DNA of 64,000 nucleotides, taken from Candidatus Methylomirabilota bacterium. GTDB taxonomy: Bacteria > Methylomirabilota > Methylomirabilia > Rokubacteriales > CSP1-6. The notes below the pieces were generated by a model. That model ran no database searches, was not told the origin of the DNA, and saw only the letters and a list, made by a program, of their open reading frames with translations. The stretch lies in NCBI GenBank assembly GCA_036506275.1, contig DASXSB010000030.1:46683-110682 (forward strand). The letters are read 5' to 3'. The position numbers and the translations under genes were made by a program. This document shows positions 48,149-59,475 of this stretch, piece by piece (positions within the stretch are counted from its first letter, which is position 1; every line of letters starts with the position of its first letter).

Positions 48149-49234
48149 ATGGTCGTGACCGTCGATCTCGGAAGCTCGTCCTACCGCATCGTCGTGGAAG
48201 CGGGCGCGCTCGGCACGGTGGGATCGCGCCTGCGCGAGCTCGGCGTCGGCGACCTCGTGGCCGTCGTCAGCAGCCCGTCCATCACGGAGCTCCACGGCAA
48301 GACCGTCATCGACAGCCTCGACGCGACGGGATTCCAGGTGCTGAGTCTCGCCGTTCCCGAGGGCGAGGCCGCGAAAACGCTCGCCGTGGCCGAGCAGTGC
48401 TGGAACGGCCTCCTCGACGCGGGCTTCGACCGCACCTCGACGGTGGTCGCCCTCGGCGGCGGCGCCGTGGGCGACGTGGCGGGGTTCGTGGCGGGGACGT
48501 ACATGCGCGGGGTGAACGTGGTGCAGGTGCCGACCACACTCCTCGCGCAGGTCGACGCCTCCATCGGCGGCAAGACCGCCATCGATCATCCGCGCGCCAA
48601 GAACTTGATCGGGGTGTTCCACCAGCCCCGGCTCGTTCTCGTTGACCCCGCCGCCGTGGGGACGCTGCCGGCGCGCGATTTTCGGTCCGGGCTGGCGGAG
48701 ATCGTGAAGCACGGCATCGTCCTCGACGCCTCCTACTTCGCGGAGGTCGAGGCGGCGGTGGCGCCCCTGCTCGCGCGCGATCTCGCCACCCTGGAGCGGA
48801 TCGTGGGCGGCTCGTGCCGGCTGAAGGCGTCGGTGGTGGAACGGGACGTCCAGGAGGCGGCGCTGCGCGCGGTCCTGAACTACGGCCACACCATCGGCCA
48901 CGCGCTCGAAGCCGCCACCGGCTACACGCGATGGACGCACGGGGAGGCGGTATCGCTCGGCATCGCGGCGGAGGCGCGACTGGCGAACCGCCTGGGACTG
49001 GCGACGCCGGCGACGGTGGAGCGCCAGGAGCGCCTGCTCAGCGCCCTCGGACTCCCCATCCGGACGCAGGCGGTGAACGTGGAGGCCGTGCTCGGCGCCA
49101 TCCGTCACGACAAGAAAGCGCGCAACGGGCGCGTGCCCTTCGTCCTCGCTCCCACCCTCGGAAGCTTCCGCGTCGTCTTCGACGTGTCACCGGACGACGT
49201 GCGGGCCGTCGTGAACGAGGTCACGTCGGGGTGA
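48149..49234 (+). CDS. aroB: 3-dehydroquinate synthase
   Basis: GGGAVGDVAGFVA ... metal-binding His motifs HTIGHALE. Confidence 0.9.
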   Translation: MVVTVDLGSSSYRIVVEAGALGTVGSRLRELGVGDLVAVVSSPSITELHGKTVIDSLDATGFQVLSLAVPEGEAAKTLAVAEQCWNGLLDAGFDRTSTVVALGGGAVGDVAGFVAGTYMRGVNVVQVPTTLLAQVDASIGGKTAIDHPRAKNLIGVFHQPRLVLVDPAAVGTLPARDFRSGLAEIVKHGIVLDASYFAEVEAAVAPLLARDLATLERIVGGSCRLKASVVERDVQEAALRAVLNYGHTIGHALEAATGYTRWTHGEAVSLGIAAEARLANRLGLATPATVERQERLLSALGLPIRTQAVNVEAVLGAIRHDKKARNGRVPFVLAPTLGSFRVVFDVSPDDVRAVVNEVTSG

Positions 49235-49272
49235 TTGACAACGAAAACGGCCGGTACGTATAACAGAACGCG

Positions 49273-49902
49273 ATGTCGGTGGAAGACGCCACAACCGCCA
49301 ACGCCATCCGCCGGCACGAAGAGCGGCTCGCGCGGGATCCTCAGTCGCTCGCCTTTGCGCAGCTCGCCGACCTCTATCGCAAGGCGGGGCGCACACGGGA
49401 AGCGATCAGCATCTGCCGGGAAGGACTGACGCGCTATCCGCACTACACGACCGCCCGCTTAATCCTTGCCAAGACCCTCATGGCCGATGGCGATCTCGCG
49501 GACGCCGTAGTCGAGCTGGAGGCGATTCTGGAATCGAGTCCGGCCGACGTGCAGTGTCATCGCCTCGCCGCCGAGGCGCGACGTCGCAGTGGTGACCTCG
49601 ATCTGGCCGTCAAGCACCTGGAGGCGGCCACACGGCTCGATCCGGGCGACCGGGAATCGCGCGTGCTCCTGGCGCTCCTCCGCGCCGACCCCGCCGGCAC
49701 CGGGGAGGCCACGGGCGTGGCCCGCGTGCTGCGCGACGACACCTTCGTGAACGTGACGTTCGCGACGACGTGCCTGGAGCAGGGGCTCGCGGACGAGGCG
49801 GCGCTCGTCTTCACGCGCATCTTGCGGCGCGATCCCGATCACAAGGATGCGCGCGAAGGGCTGGAATCCGCGCTGCGGGCGCGGTCACGACGGAAGGGGT
49901 AG
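49273..49902 (+). CDS. TPR-repeat protein
   Basis: About 5 TPR-like helical repeats are present. I recognise no other domain. Confidence 0.6.
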   Translation: MSVEDATTANAIRRHEERLARDPQSLAFAQLADLYRKAGRTREAISICREGLTRYPHYTTARLILAKTLMADGDLADAVVELEAILESSPADVQCHRLAAEARRRSGDLDLAVKHLEAATRLDPGDRESRVLLALLRADPAGTGEATGVARVLRDDTFVNVTFATTCLEQGLADEAALVFTRILRRDPDHKDAREGLESALRARSRRKG

Positions 49903-49908
49903 CGAGCG

Positions 49909-50481
49909 ATGCAGGTCTCGACGGCGGAGTTCAAGAAGGGGTTGCGGATCGTCTTCGACGACGCGCCCTACGTCATCGTGGATTTCCAGCACGTGAAGCC
50001 GGGCAAGGGCGGCGCCTTCGTGCGCACGAAGCTGAAGCACATGCGGCTGGGGAAGGTCATCGACAACACGTTCCGCTCCGGCGAGAAGGTGGAGCTGGTG
50101 GACTTCGAGGACAAGCACATGCAGTTCCTCTACCGCGACGACCGCTATCACTTCATGGACATGGAGTCGTACGAGCAGGTCTCGCTGTCGGCCCAGGAAG
50201 TGGGAGACGCCCGCGAGTATCTCAAGGAAAACACCGAGGTCGACGTGCTCTACATCGACGGCGCCCCCGCGACGGTGGAGCTGCCGAACTTCGTGGAGCT
50301 GGCCGTCGCCCGCACCGATCCCGGCGTCCGCGGCGACACCGCGCAGGGGGGAACGAAACCCGCCACCCTGGAGACGGGCGCCGTGATCCAGGTGCCGCTC
50401 TTCTTGAACGAGGGCGACGTGGTGAAGGTAGACACGCGCACGGGCGAGTACCTCGGCCGCGTGGCGACGGCGGGCGCGTGA
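49909..50481 (+). CDS. efp: Elongation factor P
   Basis: [36 protein letters not shown], with the conserved KPGKG loop. Confidence 0.95.
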   Translation: MQVSTAEFKKGLRIVFDDAPYVIVDFQHVKPGKGGAFVRTKLKHMRLGKVIDNTFRSGEKVELVDFEDKHMQFLYRDDRYHFMDMESYEQVSLSAQEVGDAREYLKENTEVDVLYIDGAPATVELPNFVELAVARTDPGVRGDTAQGGTKPATLETGAVIQVPLFLNEGDVVKVDTRTGEYLGRVATAGA

Positions 50482-50966
50482 TGCCGATCCCGCGACGACG
50501 CCCCGGCGGCGACGATCTGCAACCGGAGCCGATCGTCGGCTTCGTCCGCCAGCTCGGCGCCGCCCTCACCGAGCTCGGGTTGTCGGAGGTGGAGGTGAGC
50601 TGGGGCGACGTCCGTGTCCGCCTCCAGCGTCCGTCCGCGAGCCCGGCGCCCGCTCCCGCGGCGGCGCTCGCGTCCGCTCCCGTCGTCGCCGACGCCGCTC
50701 CCGTCGAAGGCGCGACCGCGGGCCTCATCACCATCGAAGCGCCCATGGTGGGGACGTTCTACCGCGCGTCCGGGCCGACCGCCGATCCCTACGTGCGGGA
50801 GGGGGACGTGGTGAAGCAGGGACAGATCCTCTGCATCATCGAAGCGATGAAGCTCATGAACGAGATCGAGGCCAAGATCGCGGGGCGCGTGGCCAAGGTC
50901 CTCGTCGAGAACGCCCAGGCCGTCGAGTACGGGCAACCGCTCTTTCTCATCGATCCCGTGCGCTGA
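50481..50966 (+). CDS. accB: Acetyl-CoA carboxylase biotin carboxyl carrier protein
   Basis: C-terminal part of track ORF 49770..; start ATG 50481 overlaps the efp stop. An Ala/Pro linker is present. The biotinylation motif reads [14 protein letters not shown]. Confidence 0.9.
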   Translation: MPIPRRRPGGDDLQPEPIVGFVRQLGAALTELGLSEVEVSWGDVRVRLQRPSASPAPAPAAALASAPVVADAAPVEGATAGLITIEAPMVGTFYRASGPTADPYVREGDVVKQGQILCIIEAMKLMNEIEAKIAGRVAKVLVENAQAVEYGQPLFLIDPVR

Positions 50967-50997
50967 GGGCGGCGGCGGGTGACCGTCGCCCGCGGCG

Positions 50998-52347
50998 GTG
51001 AGGGAGGCGATGTTCCACAAGATCCTGGTCGCGAATCGCGGTGAGATCGCGCTCCGGGTGATCCGCACCTGCCGCGAGCTCGGCATCCGCTCCGTCATCG
51101 CGCATTCCAAGGCCGACGCGAACTCGTTGCCCGTGCGGGTCGCCGACGAGTCGATCTGCGTGGGTCCCGACGATCCGCGCGCGAGCTACCTCAACATCCC
51201 CGCCATCATCTCGGCCGCCGCCATCACCGACAGCGAGGCCATCCACCCCGGATACGGCTTCCTCTCGGAGAATCCCGCCTTCGCCGACATCTGTCGCGCG
51301 TGCGGGCTCGCCTTCATCGGTCCCACGCCGGAAGCCATCCGTCTCATGGGCGACAAGGCGCAGGCGCGACAGATCGCGGGCCAAGCGGGAGTGCCGATCG
51401 TTCCCGGCAGTGACATGCCGCTGAAGGAGGCCGGAGAAGCCGTGGACCTCGCGGAGCGGATCGGCTTTCCGGTGATCTTCAAGGCGGCCGCGGGCGGGGG
51501 CGGGCGGGGCATGCGCATCGTGCGCGAACGCACGGGGGCCGCCCAGGCGTTCGCGGCCTGTCAGTCCGAAGCGGCGGCCGCCTTCGGCTCGTCCGAGATC
51601 TACTGCGAGAAGTTCATCGAGAACGCGCGCCACGTCGAGGTCCAGGTGCTCGGGGACAGGAGCGGGATGCGCGTGCACCTGGGCGAGCGCGATTGCTCGG
51701 TGCAGCGGCGGTATCAGAAGCTGCTGGAGGAGTCTCCGGCTCCTCTGCTGACGGCGGAGACGCGGAGCGGGCTCCACCGCGCCGCCCTCACCGCCGCCGC
51801 CGCCGTCAACTACGTGAGCGCGGGGACGGTGGAGTTCCTCGTCGACGGCAACGGGCGCTTCTACTTCATCGAGATGAACACGCGCATCCAGGTCGAGCAC
51901 CCGGTGACGGAGATGCTGACCGGGATCGACCTCGTGCGCGAGCAGATCCGGATCGCGGCGGGCGAGCCGCTCGGGTACCGCCAGGACGCCGTCACCTTCA
52001 CCGGTCACGCCCTGGAGTGCCGCGTGAACGCCGAGGATCCGGAGACGTTCGCGCCGAGCGCGGGCCGGATCACGGCCTGGCTCCCGCCCGGCGGCTTCGG
52101 CGTGCGCGTGGACAGCCACCTCTTCGCCCCCTACGCGGTGCCGCCCTTCTACGACTCCCTCATCGCCAAGGTGATCGTGCACGGGCGCAACCGCGACGAG
52201 GCCATCGCCCGCATGCAGCGCGCGCTCGCCGAAACGGTGGTGGAGGGCGTGAAGACCACCATTCCGTTTCTGCTCAAGGTCCTCGCCGATCCCGGATTCC
52301 GTGCGGGCGGCTTCACGGGCGCCGACGTCGCCCGGCTGCGCGGATGA
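50998..52347 (+). CDS. accC: Acetyl-CoA carboxylase biotin carboxylase subunit
   Basis: KILVANRGEIALRVIRTCRELGI ... the ATP-grasp motifs. An alternative start is M5 at 51010. Confidence 0.95.
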   Translation: MREAMFHKILVANRGEIALRVIRTCRELGIRSVIAHSKADANSLPVRVADESICVGPDDPRASYLNIPAIISAAAITDSEAIHPGYGFLSENPAFADICRACGLAFIGPTPEAIRLMGDKAQARQIAGQAGVPIVPGSDMPLKEAGEAVDLAERIGFPVIFKAAAGGGGRGMRIVRERTGAAQAFAACQSEAAAAFGSSEIYCEKFIENARHVEVQVLGDRSGMRVHLGERDCSVQRRYQKLLEESPAPLLTAETRSGLHRAALTAAAAVNYVSAGTVEFLVDGNGRFYFIEMNTRIQVEHPVTEMLTGIDLVREQIRIAAGEPLGYRQDAVTFTGHALECRVNAEDPETFAPSAGRITAWLPPGGFGVRVDSHLFAPYAVPPFYDSLIAKVIVHGRNRDEAIARMQRALAETVVEGVKTTIPFLLKVLADPGFRAGGFTGADVARLRG

Positions 52348-52973
52348 TCGATCCCAGCCTCTACGTCGTCCTCGACCGCGCCGCCGCCCGCGGCCGGGAC
52401 CTCGGCGACATCCTCGACGCCGCGGTGGGCGCGGGATGCCGCATGGTCCAGCTCCGCGAAAAGGAGTGGCCGTCGGGACGCTTGCTGCCGGTGGCGGAGC
52501 GACTGCGCCAGCGGTGCCGGGCGGCCGGCGTCACGTTCATCGTCAACGATCGCGTCGACCTCGCGCTCGCCGTGGACGCGGACGGCGTCCACCTCGGCCA
52601 GGACGATTTGCCGCCCCGCGCCGCGCGCCCGCTTCTGCGCCGCGGGATGCTGCTCGGGCTTTCCACCCACAGCGTGGCCCAGGCGCGGGCCGCCGCCGCC
52701 GACGGCGCCGACTACATCGCGGTCGGCTCGATGTTCCCGACCGTGACGAAATCGGACTTTCAGCTCGTGGGGCCGGAGCTGATCCGGAAACTCCGGGCCG
52801 AGATCCGCGTTCCACTGATAGGGATCGGAGGTATCACCTCCGAAAACGTGGCCGAGGTCATCGGCGCCGGCGCGGACGGGGTCGCCGTCATCTCCGCCGT
52901 GTGCGGAGCGTCCGACCCCGCGGCCGCCGTGCGCGCGTTCCTCACCGGCATCCAGAGAGCGCGCGCGGCTTGA
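52344..52973 (+). CDS. thiE: Thiamine-phosphate synthase
   Basis: Start ATG 52344 overlaps the accC stop (ATGA). LYVVLD ... TFIVNDRVDLALAVDADGVHLGQDD ... YIAVGSMFPT ... IGIGGI. Confidence 0.85.
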   Translation: MIDPSLYVVLDRAAARGRDLGDILDAAVGAGCRMVQLREKEWPSGRLLPVAERLRQRCRAAGVTFIVNDRVDLALAVDADGVHLGQDDLPPRAARPLLRRGMLLGLSTHSVAQARAAAADGADYIAVGSMFPTVTKSDFQLVGPELIRKLRAEIRVPLIGIGGITSENVAEVIGAGADGVAVISAVCGASDPAAAVRAFLTGIQRARAA

Positions 52974-52997
52974 CCACCGGGGACCGGTCGCTATAAT
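52970..52997 (+). promoter_or_regulatory. Sigma-70-type promoter TTGACC-N16-TATAAT with an embedded palindrome ACCGGggACCGGT, upstream of the second liv operon
   Basis: GCTTGACCACCGGGGACCGGTCGCTATAATG. RBS CAGGAGGGGA lies before the SBP ATG at 53046. Confidence 0.5.
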
Positions 52998-53045
52998 GTC
53001 GGCGCGCAAAAACCTTTGCCCTACCTCACCCAGGAGGGGACATCC

Positions 53046-54242
53046 ATGAGCATCAAGTCCGTTCGCGCTCTCACCGCCCTGCTCGCCGTGATCGCACTGC
53101 TCGCGGTACCGGGCAGTGGAACGTTGCAGGCGCAGGGCAAAGGCACCATCAAGATCGCGACCCAGAGTCCGCTCAGCGGCGGGCAGGCGGCGCTCGGAGA
53201 GGGCATCAAGCTCGGTACCCAGCTCGCCCTCGAGAAGCTCAAGGCCAACGTCGAGAAGCAAGGCTTCAAGGTCGAGCTGGTGCCGTTCGACGACCAGGCC
53301 AAGCCCGACGTCGGCGTCGCCAACGCGCGGAACATCATCGCCGACAAGGAGATCATGGTCGTGATCGGCCACTTGAACTCCGGCGTGGCCATCCCCTCCT
53401 CGGAGGTCTACAAGGAAGTCAACCTCGCGATGATCTCGCCCGCCAACACCAACGAGAAGATCACCGACCGCGGCTATCCCAACGTCTATCGCGTGTGCGG
53501 GCGCGACGACGTGCAGGGTCCGGTGGGCGCCGAGTTCGCGGCGGGGACGCTCAAGGCGAAGTCCGTGTACGTCATCCACGACAAGACGACGTACGGACAG
53601 GGCGTGGCGGAAGCGTTTCGTCAGGATGCCGAGAAGAAGGGCGTGAAGGTGGTCGGGTTCGAGGGCACGGAAGAGAAATCGAACTTCGATCCGATCATCA
53701 CCCCCATCCGCGCCAAGAATCCCGACGTCATCTACTTCGGCGGCATCTACGACCAGGGGGCGCCGTTCTTCAAGCAGGCGCGCGAGAAGGGCGTGAAGTC
53801 CAAGTTCCTCGGGCCCGACGGCATGGACTCCTCCGACCTCGTGAAGATCGCGGGCAAGGCGGTGCTCGGGATGAACTACACCACCGCCGCCGCCCCCGCC
53901 TCCAGCCCGCAGGCCAAGCAGTTCGCGGAGGAGTACAAGAAGAAGTTCGGGAAGAACCCCGAACCGTACGCGGCGGAAGCGTACGTCTCCACCGCCATCG
54001 CGCTCAAGGCGCTGGAGTCGGTCACCACCGGCGGGAAGGCGCCCACGCGGGAGGCCGTCAGCACCGCCATCCGCAAGGTCAAGTACAGCGGCATGACGGG
54101 CAGCATCGACTTCGACGACAAGGGTGATCCGAAGAAGGCCTCCTACTACGTGATGGAGGTCTCGACCGACAACCCGGAGAAGTGGTCAGAGAACAAGGAG
54201 GCCAAGCGCCTCGCCATCGCGGCTCCTCCGCTGAAGAAGTAA
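53046..54242 (+). CDS. ABC transporter substrate-binding protein, LivK/LivJ (Peripla_BP_6) family, copy 2
   Basis: Start at M11 of track ORF 53016... Signal peptide MSIKSVRALTALLAVIALLAVPGSG. Core reads IKIATQSPLSGGQAALGE. Confidence 0.85.
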   Translation: MSIKSVRALTALLAVIALLAVPGSGTLQAQGKGTIKIATQSPLSGGQAALGEGIKLGTQLALEKLKANVEKQGFKVELVPFDDQAKPDVGVANARNIIADKEIMVVIGHLNSGVAIPSSEVYKEVNLAMISPANTNEKITDRGYPNVYRVCGRDDVQGPVGAEFAAGTLKAKSVYVIHDKTTYGQGVAEAFRQDAEKKGVKVVGFEGTEEKSNFDPIITPIRAKNPDVIYFGGIYDQGAPFFKQAREKGVKSKFLGPDGMDSSDLVKIAGKAVLGMNYTTAAAPASSPQAKQFAEEYKKKFGKNPEPYAAEAYVSTAIALKALESVTTGGKAPTREAVSTAIRKVKYSGMTGSIDFDDKGDPKKASYYVMEVSTDNPEKWSENKEAKRLAIAAPPLKK

Positions 54243-54343
54243 GTCCGCGGAACCCCCGCGAGGGGCGGATGCGCACGCCGAATCAGCCGAACGGTTGCCG
54301 ACGGCGCCGCGCTTCCGCCCCTCGGCTTCTCTAGCGCTGCTCG

Positions 54344-55315
54344 ATGGACCTGCCGCTCCTGTTCGGGATCTTTCCCGTCGTGCTCCTCGACGGGATCATC
54401 CTCGGCTTCATGTACGCGCTCATCGCCCTCGGCTACACGATGGTGTACGGAGTGCTCGAGTTCATCAACTTCGCGCACTCCGAGATCTTCATCGTGGGCG
54501 CCTTCGTCGGCGTCGAGGTCCTCCTCGGCCTCCAGCGCATGGGGGCCCTCGAGCGGGTGCCGTGGCTCGTGGTCCTCCTCGGCGTGCTGCTGGCCGGCAT
54601 GACCGTGAGCGCCCTCCTCGCCGTCACCATCGAGCGCGTCGCCTACCGCCCCCTGCGCGCGGCCCCCCGGCTCATTCCCCTCATCTCCGCCATCGGGATC
54701 TCGTTTTTTCTGCAAGACCTGATTCGGCTCGTCGAAAGCGTGTGGCGGAACGCCTTCAACCTCGTCTATCCGAGCATGGAGCCGCTCAATGTGCGCTTCG
54801 AGCTGACGTCGACGGTGGACGTGTCCGTCAAATCGCTCGTGGTCATCACGGCCGCCCTCGCCATGCTCTGGCTCCTCCGCTTCGTCGTGAATCACACGAA
54901 GATCGGGATGGCGATCAGGTCGGTGGCGGAAGACCAGGCCGCGGCCAGCCTCATGGGCGTCAATGTCAACGCCACCATCTCGCTCACGTTCCTGATCGGC
55001 GGCGCCATGGGGGGCGCGGCGGGCGTGCTGTTCGGCGTGCAGTACGGGCTCATCAACCCGTACAGCGGCTTCATTCCCGGTCTGAAGGCGTTCACGGCGG
55101 CCGTGCTGGGCGGCATCGGCAACATCCCGGGCGCCATGGTGGGCGGGCTCGTCCTGGGGCTCCTGGAGGCGTTTGCCGCGTCCTACCTCTCGTTGCTCAC
55201 GGGCGGGGCCTTCGGCGCCGAGTACAAGGACATCTTCGCGTTCTCCGTCCTCATCCTCATCTTGATCTTGAGGCCCAAGGGTCTGCTCGGCGAAGTGGTG
55301 CGGGAACGCGCGTGA
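54344..55315 (+). CDS. ABC permease LivH-like, copy 2
   Basis: GIILGFMYALIALGYTMVYGVLEFINFAHSE. Confidence 0.85.
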   Translation: MDLPLLFGIFPVVLLDGIILGFMYALIALGYTMVYGVLEFINFAHSEIFIVGAFVGVEVLLGLQRMGALERVPWLVVLLGVLLAGMTVSALLAVTIERVAYRPLRAAPRLIPLISAIGISFFLQDLIRLVESVWRNAFNLVYPSMEPLNVRFELTSTVDVSVKSLVVITAALAMLWLLRFVVNHTKIGMAIRSVAEDQAAASLMGVNVNATISLTFLIGGAMGGAAGVLFGVQYGLINPYSGFIPGLKAFTAAVLGGIGNIPGAMVGGLVLGLLEAFAASYLSLLTGGAFGAEYKDIFAFSVLILILILRPKGLLGEVVRERA

Positions 55316-56550
55316 TCAGGGTCGCGGGCGCCATCCTTCTCCTCGCCGTGTCGGGCTGGGCCGTCGCCACCTTCCCGCGCTCCATTCTCGTCTTCCTGCT
55401 CTTCCAGGGCTCCGTGCTCCTCGTCTACCTGACGCCCATGCCGAGGTGGCTGCGCGTCGCGTTGCTGGCCATCGCGCTCCTCGTGATGATGCCGGTCATC
55501 GGCGCCTTCAACGGCTACTACCTCGAGGTCGCCACCCAGGTCGGCATCTTCGTCGCCCTCGCCCTCGGCCTCAACATCGTGGTCGGGCTCGCCGGCCTCC
55601 TCGACCTCGGCTACGTGGCGTTCTTCGCGGTGGGCGCCTATGCGTGGGCGATCCCGGGATCACCGCATGCAAACCTGATCTTCGGGAGTGGGTTTCCGCT
55701 GCCGCCGGTCGCCTTCTACGCGTTCCTCGTCATCGGGCTGGTGATCGCAGCGGTGACGGGGATCCTCCTCGGGCTCCCGGTCCTGCGACTTCGCGGCGAC
55801 TATCTCGCCATCGTCACCCTCGGCTTCGGCGAGGTGATCCGCGTCCTCGCCAACAATCTGGACAAGCCGATCAACCTCACCAACGGCCCCAAGGGCATCA
55901 CGCCGATCACGCGTCCCCCCGCGCTCCTCGGCCTCTCCTATCCGGAGTTCTTCTATTTCCTGGTGCTCGCCATCGTCGTCGTCGTGATCCTCGTCAATCG
56001 CCGCCTCGAGGACTCCCACATCGGGCGGGCGTGGGAGGCGATCCGGGAGGACGACCTCGCCGCCCAGGCCATGGGCGTGCCGCTCGTGCGCTCGAAACTC
56101 CTCGCCTTCGCGTGCGGGGCCTCCTTTGCGGGTGTCATGGGCGTCGTCTTCTCCGCCAAGCAGGTCTTCATCAACCCGGAGTCGTTCACGTTCCTCGAGT
56201 CCATCGGCGTTCTCGCCATGGTCATTCTGGGCGGCATGGGCTCCATCCCGGGGGCGGTGGTGGGAGCGACCGTAGTCACGGTCCTCAATCTTCAGGTCCT
56301 CAAAGGCCTCTCCCTCTGGCTGAACGAGCTGAAGAACGCCGGCGTCACCATCCTCGGTTTCAACCTCGCGAACCTCCCCACCCAGTTCGAGCCGGCCAAG
56401 TACGAGCGGATGATCTTCGGCATCATCCTCGTTCTGATGATGATCTTCCGGCCGCAGGGCATCTTCCCCGCCCGCCGCCGCGAGCGCGAGCTGGCCGCGC
56501 CCGAGGAAAACGTGGTCAAGTCCACCGCGCAAGCGCAGGCGATGCCGTGA
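55312..56550 (+). CDS. ABC permease LivM-like, copy 2
   Basis: Reading frame of track ORF 54295..; GTG 55312 overlaps the livH2 stop (GTGA). It begins VIRVAGAILLLAV.... Polytopic. Confidence 0.85.
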   Translation: MIRVAGAILLLAVSGWAVATFPRSILVFLLFQGSVLLVYLTPMPRWLRVALLAIALLVMMPVIGAFNGYYLEVATQVGIFVALALGLNIVVGLAGLLDLGYVAFFAVGAYAWAIPGSPHANLIFGSGFPLPPVAFYAFLVIGLVIAAVTGILLGLPVLRLRGDYLAIVTLGFGEVIRVLANNLDKPINLTNGPKGITPITRPPALLGLSYPEFFYFLVLAIVVVVILVNRRLEDSHIGRAWEAIREDDLAAQAMGVPLVRSKLLAFACGASFAGVMGVVFSAKQVFINPESFTFLESIGVLAMVILGGMGSIPGAVVGATVVTVLNLQVLKGLSLWLNELKNAGVTILGFNLANLPTQFEPAKYERMIFGIILVLMMIFRPQGIFPARRRERELAAPEENVVKSTAQAQAMP

Positions 56551-57327
56551 GCGCGCTCTTCGAAGCGCGCGACGTCACCAAGCGCTTCGGCGGCCTCACC
56601 GCCTTGAGCCGCGTCGACTTCACGCTCGACGCCGGCATCGCCTCCATCATCGGCCCCAACGGCGCCGGGAAGACGACGCTCTTCAACGTCTTCACGGGGT
56701 TGTATGCGCCGGACACGGGTTCCGTCGCCTTCCGCGGCCGCTCGCTGCTCGGCCTCCGGCCCGATCAGATCACGGCTCTCGGCGTCTGTCGCACCTTCCA
56801 GAACATCCGGCTCTTCGGCAACATGACCGCCGTCGAGAACGTCCTCGTAGGCATGCACGCGCGCGTCCGCCTCGGACTCGCCGACGTCTTGCTGCGCGGC
56901 CCCCGCTTCCGCAACGAGGAGTCCGCGCTCTGGCGCGCCGCTGCCAGCCTCCTCGACCGCGTGGGGCTCCACGCGAGGGGGAACACGGTGGCGCGCAATC
57001 TCGCCTACGGCGATCAGCGCCGCCTCGAGATCGCGCGCGCGCTCGCCTCGGAGCCGGCACTCCTGCTCCTCGACGAGCCCACGGCGGGCATGACGCAGGG
57101 AGAGGCGCGGAGCCTCATGGACTTGCTGCGGCGGCTGGTGGCGGACCTCGGGCTCGCCATCCTGCTCATCGAGCACAACATGCGAGTGGTGATGCAGGTG
57201 TCGGACCGCGTCACCGTGCTCGACCACGGCGAGAAGATCGCGGAGGGACAGCCCGCCGACGTCCAGGCCAACCCTCGCGTCATCGAGGCCTATCTCGGCA
57301 CGCGCACGGGCGTGCGGCGGGATCGCC

Positions 57328-57341
<14 letters not shown>
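56547..57341 (+). CDS. ABC ATPase LivG-like, copy 2
   Basis: C-terminal part of track ORF 55446..; GTG 56547 overlaps the livM2 stop (GTGA). Walker A GPNGAGKTT and LAYGDQRRLEIARA are present. Confidence 0.85.
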
Positions 57342-58025
<684 letters not shown>

Positions 58026-58029
<4 letters not shown>

Positions 58030-58487
58030 CGATGCGCGAAGGTCTCGACTTCGAGCGACACACCGTCGGCGCCGTGTACCAGACGCTCGCGCGCACGGTG
58101 TCGGAGACCGACATCGTGACCTTCGTGAACCTGTGCGGGTTCACGGAACCGCTCTTCATGGACATGGAGTACGTGGCGCGAGAGTCGGTCTTCGGGCGCC
58201 GCGTCGCCCCCGGCGCCCTCACCTTCGCGCTCTCGGAAGGCCTCATCATGCAGACGGGCCTCATTCACGGGACGGGGATGGCCTACCTCGGCGGCGACAT
58301 CAGGGTGGCGGCGCCCGTGCTGGCGGGGGACACGATCCGCGTGGAGATCGAGGTCGCCGAGAAGCGCGAGACGCGCAAGTCCGATCGAGGCATCGTCACC
58401 TACCGGCACCGTGTGCTGAACCAGCGTGGCGAGCTGGTGCTGGAAGCCCGCGTCCAGCGCATGATCCGTCGCACCGCCGCCGCCTGA
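58026..58487 (+). CDS. MaoC-like (R)-specific enoyl-CoA hydratase / hot-dog fold dehydratase
   Basis: Hot-dog fold pattern ...FVNLCGFTEPLFMDMEY...GRRVAPGALT.... GTG start overlaps the livF2 stop. Confidence 0.8.
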
Positions 58488-58500
58488 GTCTTCACCCGCG

Positions 58501-59475
58501 GTGCTGGTCCTTTCCCGCCCCGACCTCGAGCGTCTGCTGCCGCCGCTCGAGCTCGTTGACGCTCTCGCGGAGGCGTTCCGCGTTTATGCGCGCGGGAGCG
58601 CCTCCGTGCCGCTGCGCACTTCCACTCCGGTCACCGCCGATGGGCTGCTCTTGCTGATGCCGGCGGCCGCGCCCGAGGATCGTCTCGGCCTCGGCGTCAA
58701 GCTCGTCACCTATTACGGTGGCAATGCCGCGCGCGGCCGTCCCACCCTTCACGCCACCTACTGCCTCATGGACGGAGAAACCGGCGCGCCGCTGGCGCTT
58801 CTCGAAGGTACCTTCCTCACGGCGCTGCGCACGGGAGCGACGTCGGCGCTGGCGGCCCGACTGCTGGCACGGCCCGACTCCGAGCGCGCGGTGTGCTTCG
58901 GAGCCGGCGTGCAGGCGCGCTTCCAGCTCCGGTGCCTCGCCGCCGTTCTGCCCCTGAAGGGCGTCACCGTGATCGGCCGCGACGCGACCCGCGCCCGGCG
59001 GTTCTGCGACCTCATGACGGCCGAGCTCGGCATCCCGGTGGAGACGGGAGCCGCGCACGAGGCCGTCCCCCGCGCCGACCTCATCACGTGTGCGACCACG
59101 TCGGCCACGCCCGTCCTCTTCGGCGCCGCCATCCGTCCTGGAACGCACGTGGATGCCGTGGGCGCCTTTCGCGCCACCGACCGCGAGGTCGACGCCGAGA
59201 CCGTGCGGCGAGCGCGCGTGGTGGTCGACACCTATGCCGCCGGCCTCGAGGAGGCGGGCGACGTCATTCTCGCCTTTCGCGAGGGCGTGGTGGACAGCGC
59301 GCACCTCGTCGCGGAGCTGGCGGAGCTGGTGACCGGCGCCAAGCGAGGCCGTCTCTCTCCCGACGACATCACGCTGTTCAAGTCGGTGGGTTTCGCTCTC
59401 GAGGATCTGGCGGGGGCCCGGCTCGCGTACAATCGCGCCATGGCGCAAGGGATCGGCACCGAGGTGCGATTGTGA
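58501..59475 (+). CDS. Ornithine cyclodeaminase / mu-crystallin family protein
   Basis: A Rossmann motif (VCFGAGVQAR) is present. The OCD_Mu_crystallin-like layout is present. Confidence 0.8.
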   Translation: MLVLSRPDLERLLPPLELVDALAEAFRVYARGSASVPLRTSTPVTADGLLLLMPAAAPEDRLGLGVKLVTYYGGNAARGRPTLHATYCLMDGETGAPLALLEGTFLTALRTGATSALAARLLARPDSERAVCFGAGVQARFQLRCLAAVLPLKGVTVIGRDATRARRFCDLMTAELGIPVETGAAHEAVPRADLITCATTSATPVLFGAAIRPGTHVDAVGAFRATDREVDAETVRRARVVVDTYAAGLEEAGDVILAFREGVVDSAHLVAELAELVTGAKRGRLSPDDITLFKSVGFALEDLAGARLAYNRAMAQGIGTEVRL

